Below are positions 58,916-64,000 of a stretch of DNA of 64,000 nucleotides, piece by piece (the stretch's first letter is position 1; the number at the start of each line of letters is the position of its first letter). The translations under genes and the position numbers were made by a program. Location: the NCBI GenBank assembly GCA_021777055.1, contig JAIQZO010000067.1:135932-199931 (forward strand). The letters run 5' to 3'. Under the pieces are notes generated by a model. It was not told the DNA's origin. It worked only from the letters and a program-made list of their open reading frames with translations, and did not search any database. This stretch comes from Candidatus Anammoxibacter sp. (GTDB lineage: Bacteria > Planctomycetota > Brocadiia > Brocadiales > Anammoxibacteraceae).

Positions 58916-60520
58916 GTGGAAAAATGGAGCTATATAGGTTTATTGTTGATTTGTTTGTTTTTGTGTCTGGGGGGCGATGTTGCTGCAGACGGGGTAGGGT
59001 CAGAAAAACCTCTTATTTCTAAACATGCGTCAGCTTCGGAAGGGTTAATTAACAGAGGGCGTGAGTTATATAATAGACAATGTATTGGATGTCATGGTGA
59101 GAAAGGTAACGGTGACGGTGTAGGTGCGTATCTACTTAAACCGCATCCCAGGGATTTTAGTTTAGGAGAGTTTAAAATAGTATCTACGATTAACCACATT
59201 CCGTCATTTGAGGACCTTTTTAATACTATTTCTCACGGTATGCCGGGAACCTCTATGCCGCCTTGGTCTCATTTTTCAGAAAATGACCTGACTGCTCTGG
59301 TTCATTATGTTAGGCAATTGGCGATGGATGGTAAAGTAAGTAGAATAATGGCGAAATCTAAGAAAAAGACACTTGAAAAAGCGAGGGCTACTGCAGAACG
59401 GAAGTTAACACCCAAAGAAAAGATTACTCTTCCCGAAAAGATTCCTTTGTCAATGGAGAGTATTGCTCACGGTAGAAAACTGTATGTTGCTCAGTGTGCC
59501 GGTTGCCATGGTCTTACTGGAAAAGGAGATGGGATGGAAGATTTGAGGGATAATGCCGGATTTCCTATCGATCCCAGAGATTTTACAGGCGGCGTGTTTA
59601 AAGGTGGGTCAGGGGATGATGAGATTGCCTACAGGATAGTCGCTGGAATGCCGGCAACACCAATGCCATCTTTTACTGAACTGAACGGAGAGGAGTTGTG
59701 GTCCCTGGTTTACTATATAAAATCTATTGCAAACCCTATAGCGCAACGGCTTGTGGAACAAAAAAGAAAAGAAGTCAGGGTGAAGAGGGTGTCGAATGGA
59801 GCCGACTTTACTGTTGATTCTGAGATTTGGAAGCAGGCGGAGCCGTCATATCTTGCGCTTTTGCCTCTCTGGTGGCATCGTGATGCTGTTAATGGGGTGT
59901 ACGTGCAGCTCGTTCATGATGGAGCAAGGTTGGCTGTAAGGATGGTTTGGGAAGATGAAACAAAGGACGATAATGTCCTTGATCAGACGGCTTTTTCTGA
60001 TGGTGCAGCGGTCCAGTTTTCTCCGAGTACAGAGCCTCCTTTTTTTGCCATGGGATATGAACATGATCCTGTAAATATATGGAACTGGAAGGCGTGGCGT
60101 GAGCCGGAAGCTTTAAAGATAGCAGATCTACAGACGGTTCAGGTAAATATGCCTTATGATCTCTATCCGGACGGAAGATCTCCAGATGAAAATGTGTTAT
60201 TTGAGACATCTGTAGATGTGGCTAATCCGGTTTCATTGACAAGCCAGACATCTTCGGTGGAAGATTTAAACGCTGGAGGGTTTGGATCTCTTACCAGTCA
60301 GGAAGAGGGTGCTCAGAATGTGAATGGAAAGGCTGTGTGGAAGGATGGCTTTTGGGAAGTTATCTTTATTAGGGACTTAGCATCGAAAGATAATGGCGAT
60401 ATTATATTTACACCCGGAAGTGAAATTAGTGCCGCATTTGCAGTCTGGGATGGTGAGAATGGGGAGCGTAATGGCCAAAAAGCAGTAACTATATGGCATA
60501 AGCTGATTATTTATTATTAA
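58916..60520 (+). CDS. exported dihaem cytochrome c fused to an ethylbenzene-dehydrogenase-gamma-like haem domain; NXR-associated
   Basis: Signal peptide; CIGCH and CAGCH each followed by PRDF; C-terminal D.AAVQF...AMG...WNWKA...AFAVWDG...K. Confidence 0.82.
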   Translation: MEKWSYIGLLLICLFLCLGGDVAADGVGSEKPLISKHASASEGLINRGRELYNRQCIGCHGEKGNGDGVGAYLLKPHPRDFSLGEFKIVSTINHIPSFEDLFNTISHGMPGTSMPPWSHFSENDLTALVHYVRQLAMDGKVSRIMAKSKKKTLEKARATAERKLTPKEKITLPEKIPLSMESIAHGRKLYVAQCAGCHGLTGKGDGMEDLRDNAGFPIDPRDFTGGVFKGGSGDDEIAYRIVAGMPATPMPSFTELNGEELWSLVYYIKSIANPIAQRLVEQKRKEVRVKRVSNGADFTVDSEIWKQAEPSYLALLPLWWHRDAVNGVYVQLVHDGARLAVRMVWEDETKDDNVLDQTAFSDGAAVQFSPSTEPPFFAMGYEHDPVNIWNWKAWREPEALKIADLQTVQVNMPYDLYPDGRSPDENVLFETSVDVANPVSLTSQTSSVEDLNAGGFGSLTSQEEGAQNVNGKAVWKDGFWEVIFIRDLASKDNGDIIFTPGSEISAAFAVWDGENGERNGQKAVTIWHKLIIYY

Positions 60521-60542
60521 CTGAAATTATGGAGAGTTCAGA

Positions 60543-63500
60543 ATGGGAACATCCCGTAGGGAATTTCTAAAAACAGTCGGAGGGGTTGGTTTAGGTGCTT
60601 TTGTTGCACCTGGTCTTAAACTGCTTTCATTTGATGCCGTTGATGTCGAAAACCCTTTAGGTGCCTATCCGGCCAGAGACTGGGAGAAGGTTTACAGAGA
60701 TCAATATAAATATGACAGCACTTTTTCGTGGGTTTGCTCCCCTAATGATACCCATGCATGTAGAGTGATGGCATACGTGCGTAACGGAGTCATTGTAAGG
60801 CATGGATCTGAGTATAATAACGATACATATTCTGATATATACGGAAATAAAGCGACCGCAGGTTGGAATCCCAGGCAGTGTGCTAAAGGATATACTTTTC
60901 ACAGGGTTGTGTACGGTTCGCATAGGTTAAAGTATCCTATTATACGAAAAGGTTGGAAACAGTGGGCGGATGACGGATTTCCGGTCCTTGATAAGGAACT
61001 TAGAAGTAAATATAAATTTGATGCGAGGGGGCAGGATCAGCTAGTTAAGGTGGGTTGGGATGACGCGTTTACATATATTGCAAAGGGGTATATGGCCATT
61101 GCAAAGGCTTATAGTGGTGAAAAAGGGGCGAAATTGCTCTTGGAGCAGGGTTATCAAAAGGAGATGGTTGATGAGTTGGGAGGTGCAGGTACTAGGACTT
61201 TGAAGTTCCGTGGCGGGATGGGGCTGTTGGGTGTATTTGGTAAGTACGGCTCGTACAGGCTGAACAACTCTATGGCCTTACTTGACCAGTATGTTCGTGG
61301 TGTTTCTCCAAAAGATGCAAAAGGTGGGCGAAATTGGTCTAACTATACATGGCATGGTGATCAAGCGCCTGGACACCCATGGGTTCATGGGCTTCAGACT
61401 TCGGATGGCGATCTTAATGATATGCGTTCCAGTAAGCTGATAATAATGGACGGTAAAAATATGGTGGAGAATAAGATGGCAGACAGCCACTGGTTTCTCG
61501 AGTGTATGGAGCGTGGTGCCGTGCTGGTAACTATATCGCCTGAATATAGTCCTCCTTCCACAAAATCAGACTACTGGCTGCCCATCAGACCGCAGACAGA
61601 TGCTGCCTTGTTCTTGGGGATAGCAAAGATATTAATTGATAAAAAGTGGTATGATGAGGATTTTGTAAAACAGTTTACAGATCTACCACTGCTTGTTAGG
61701 ACAGATAATTTGTTGCGTTTGAAGGCTTCGGATATCTTTCCTGATTATAAAAACGGGCTTGCTGATGACGGCCCGAGTTTTAAGCTACAGAATCTCAGCA
61801 AGGAACAGTATGGAAAGCTTGGGGATTTTGTGGTTTGGGACAAGAAAACAGGTAAACCAACGGCTGTAACCCGTGATGATGTGGGGCAGCTTTTTCAGAA
61901 AAAAGGTATAGACCCTGAATTGCACGGTAAATTTAATGTAACGATTGATGGTAAAGAGGTTGAAGTTATGCCGCTGTTTGAGTTATACAGCACTTACCAT
62001 CTTAAGGATTATGATCTGGACACGGTTTACGAAATTACGACAACGCCTAAAGATCTTATTTTGAGATTGGCAAAGGATATCGGTACTATTAAACCCGCCG
62101 CTCTTCATCAGGGAGAGGGGATTAACCACTGGTTTCATGCTACGGAGATGAACCGGGCTGCTTTTTTGCTTGTAATGCTTACTGGTAATGTGGGAAAACC
62201 GGGTGCAGGATGCTTTACATGGGCAGGCAATTATAAAGCCGCTAATTTCCAGGGATCTCCCTGGACAGGGCCAGGATTTAAAGGATGGGTGGCTGAAGAC
62301 CCGTTTAACCCTAATTTAAACCCAGATGCCCACGGTAAAGATCTTAAGATAAAAGGGTATTGTAAAGGTGAAGAACCGGCTTACTGGAACCACGGGGATG
62401 CTGCGCTCATCGTGGATACGCCGGAAGACGGGCGAAAGGTGTTTACAGGCAAAAGTCATATGCCGTCTCCTACAAAGGCCCTGTTTTTCAACAACGTAAA
62501 CATCTTTAACAATGCAAAGCATGCGTATGAAATGTTTAAAAATGTTAACCCGAAGATTGATATGATAGTCGGTGCGGATATCCAGATGACTGCAACGGTA
62601 GAATATTCGGATATAACACTACCCGCAAACTCATGGACAGAGTTTGAGGGGTTGGAGATAACTTCATCGTGTTCCAACCCGTTTTTGCAGATATGGAAAG
62701 GCGGTATTAAGCCAGTCTTTGATTCTAAGGACGATTTGTCTATTTTAGTGGGAATTGCGAAAAGGCTTGGTGAGTTGACAGGGGATAAGCGGTTTGCTGA
62801 CTATTTTAAGTTCGAACTTGAAGGGCGTCGGGATGTCTATTTTAAACGGTTGCTGGAAACATGTACAACTACCGTAGGGTATAAACTGGAGGATATAATG
62901 GCCGGAAAATACGGCCCTTCCGGAGGCGCCCTTATGTTGTTTAGAACCTATCCGCGAATACCTTTCTGGGAACAGATTAACGGAGAGATGCCGTTTTATA
63001 CTGATACTGGGCGGATGAACGCATACTCTGATCTTCAGGACGCTATAGATTACGGTGAAAACTTTATTGTTCACCGTGAAGGGCCGGAGGCAACGCCGTA
63101 TCTTCCCAACGTTATTGTCAGTTCTAACAAATTTGTGCGGCCGCGAAACTATGGTATATCGATGCATAGTGAACACTGGGATGAAAGAACCGTTAGAAAC
63201 GTTAAGATGTCCTGGGAAAAGACAAAGGGGACAAAAAACTTTTTGTGGGAAAGCGGGTTCAGGTTCTTTTTTATGACGCCAAAGACCAGGCACAGAGTGC
63301 ATTCCCAGTGGAGCAATGTGGACTGGCATATCATGTATGATTCTAATTTCGGTGATCCATACCGGGTAGATAAACGTACGCCGGATGTGGGGGAGCACCA
63401 GATGCATATGAACCCTAATGCTGCAAAGGAACTTGGTGTAGAGGATGGGGACTATGTTTATGTGGATGCTAATCCTGCAGACAGGCCTTATGTCAATGCA

Positions 63501-63974
63501 GATCCAAAAGATCCATTTTATAAGGTTGCAAGGTGTTTGGTGCGTGTTATCTATAACCCGGCATACCCGTATAATATAGTAATGATGAAACACGGGCCGT
63601 ATATGGCTACAGAACGCAGTGTAAATGCACATGAGACAAGATCTGACGGGCGTGCTCTTTCCAAAGATACCGGTTATCAGTCAAACATGCGATATGGCTC
63701 ACAGCAAAGTTTAACTAGAAACTGGCATATGCCTATGCATCAGACAGATACGCTTTTTCATAAATCAAAGGCGTATGTAAGTTTTCTTTTTGGTGGTGAA
63801 ACGGATAATCATGCGATAAATACTGTTCCTAAAGAGACTCTGGTAAAGGTTGTAAAAGCAGAGGATGGTGGGCTTGGGGGGAAAGGTATATGGCTACCTG
63901 CAACAGAAGGGGCCACCCCGGGTAATGAGAATAGTGATATGAAGAAATATATGGATGGCGGGTTTGTGGGGTAA
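60543..63974 (+). CDS. nxrA: nitrite oxidoreductase alpha subunit (periplasmic/anammoxosome type)
   Basis: Tat SRREFLK; CSPNDTHAC...C Fe-S motif with Asp; NYTWHGDQAPG; TPKTRHRVHSQW. Confidence 0.95.
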   Translation: MGTSRREFLKTVGGVGLGAFVAPGLKLLSFDAVDVENPLGAYPARDWEKVYRDQYKYDSTFSWVCSPNDTHACRVMAYVRNGVIVRHGSEYNNDTYSDIYGNKATAGWNPRQCAKGYTFHRVVYGSHRLKYPIIRKGWKQWADDGFPVLDKELRSKYKFDARGQDQLVKVGWDDAFTYIAKGYMAIAKAYSGEKGAKLLLEQGYQKEMVDELGGAGTRTLKFRGGMGLLGVFGKYGSYRLNNSMALLDQYVRGVSPKDAKGGRNWSNYTWHGDQAPGHPWVHGLQTSDGDLNDMRSSKLIIMDGKNMVENKMADSHWFLECMERGAVLVTISPEYSPPSTKSDYWLPIRPQTDAALFLGIAKILIDKKWYDEDFVKQFTDLPLLVRTDNLLRLKASDIFPDYKNGLADDGPSFKLQNLSKEQYGKLGDFVVWDKKTGKPTAVTRDDVGQLFQKKGIDPELHGKFNVTIDGKEVEVMPLFELYSTYHLKDYDLDTVYEITTTPKDLILRLAKDIGTIKPAALHQGEGINHWFHATEMNRAAFLLVMLTGNVGKPGAGCFTWAGNYKAANFQGSPWTGPGFKGWVAEDPFNPNLNPDAHGKDLKIKGYCKGEEPAYWNHGDAALIVDTPEDGRKVFTGKSHMPSPTKALFFNNVNIFNNAKHAYEMFKNVNPKIDMIVGADIQMTATVEYSDITLPANSWTEFEGLEITSSCSNPFLQIWKGGIKPVFDSKDDLSILVGIAKRLGELTGDKRFADYFKFELEGRRDVYFKRLLETCTTTVGYKLEDIMAGKYGPSGGALMLFRTYPRIPFWEQINGEMPFYTDTGRMNAYSDLQDAIDYGENFIVHREGPEATPYLPNVIVSSNKFVRPRNYGISMHSEHWDERTVRNVKMSWEKTKGTKNFLWESGFRFFFMTPKTRHRVHSQWSNVDWHIMYDSNFGDPYRVDKRTPDVGEHQMHMNPNAAKELGVEDGDYVYVDANPADRPYVNADPKDPFYKVARCLVRVIYNPAYPYNIVMMKHGPYMATERSVNAHETRSDGRALSKDTGYQSNMRYGSQQSLTRNWHMPMHQTDTLFHKSKAYVSFLFGGETDNHAINTVPKETLVKVVKAEDGGLGGKGIWLPATEGATPGNENSDMKKYMDGGFVG

Positions 63975-64000
63975 GTGGATATTACATTGGGGAGTTTAAT

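Noticed and set aside
62745-63632. 295-aa antisense ORF inside nxrA
   Set aside because: Shadow of a conserved gene; no motifs recognised.
60543-63974. Respiratory NarG call
   Set aside because: Tat signal and C-x3-D-x3-C motif indicate periplasmic-type NxrA rather than cytoplasmic NarG.

Overview
AT-rich bacterial chromosome segment, most likely from an anammox planctomycete (Ca. Brocadiales). The call rests on a Tat-exported anammox/Nitrospira-type NxrA with an adjacent dihaem cytochrome, a planctomycete-type Zn-ribbon signal peptidase I, and MqnE. The highlight is a complete 2-aminoethylphosphonate (AEP) biosynthesis and lipid-transfer locus at 10.3-19.8 kb: pepM-nucleotidyltransferase fusion, split ppd, AEP transaminase, a second nucleotidyltransferase, CDP-alcohol phosphotransferase and an HpnL/LPG-synthase-like membrane protein. 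A squalene-hopene-cyclase-like QW-repeat gene sits inside it, and a PLD gene and two tandem B12-radical-SAM paralogs follow on the same strand. Also present: a haem-oxygenase-like diiron protein paired with a stand-alone FMN glutamate-synthase-like gene; a Fur-headed redox/stress gene run (ferritin-like, IscU, FAD reductase, GlcD/GlcF, trihaem cytochrome, flavodiiron protein); envelope and glycosylation genes; and several non-coding MITE-like elements, two of them with 9-bp target duplications. No rRNA, tRNA or CRISPR array was found. All functional calls come from motif recognition by eye, not database searches.
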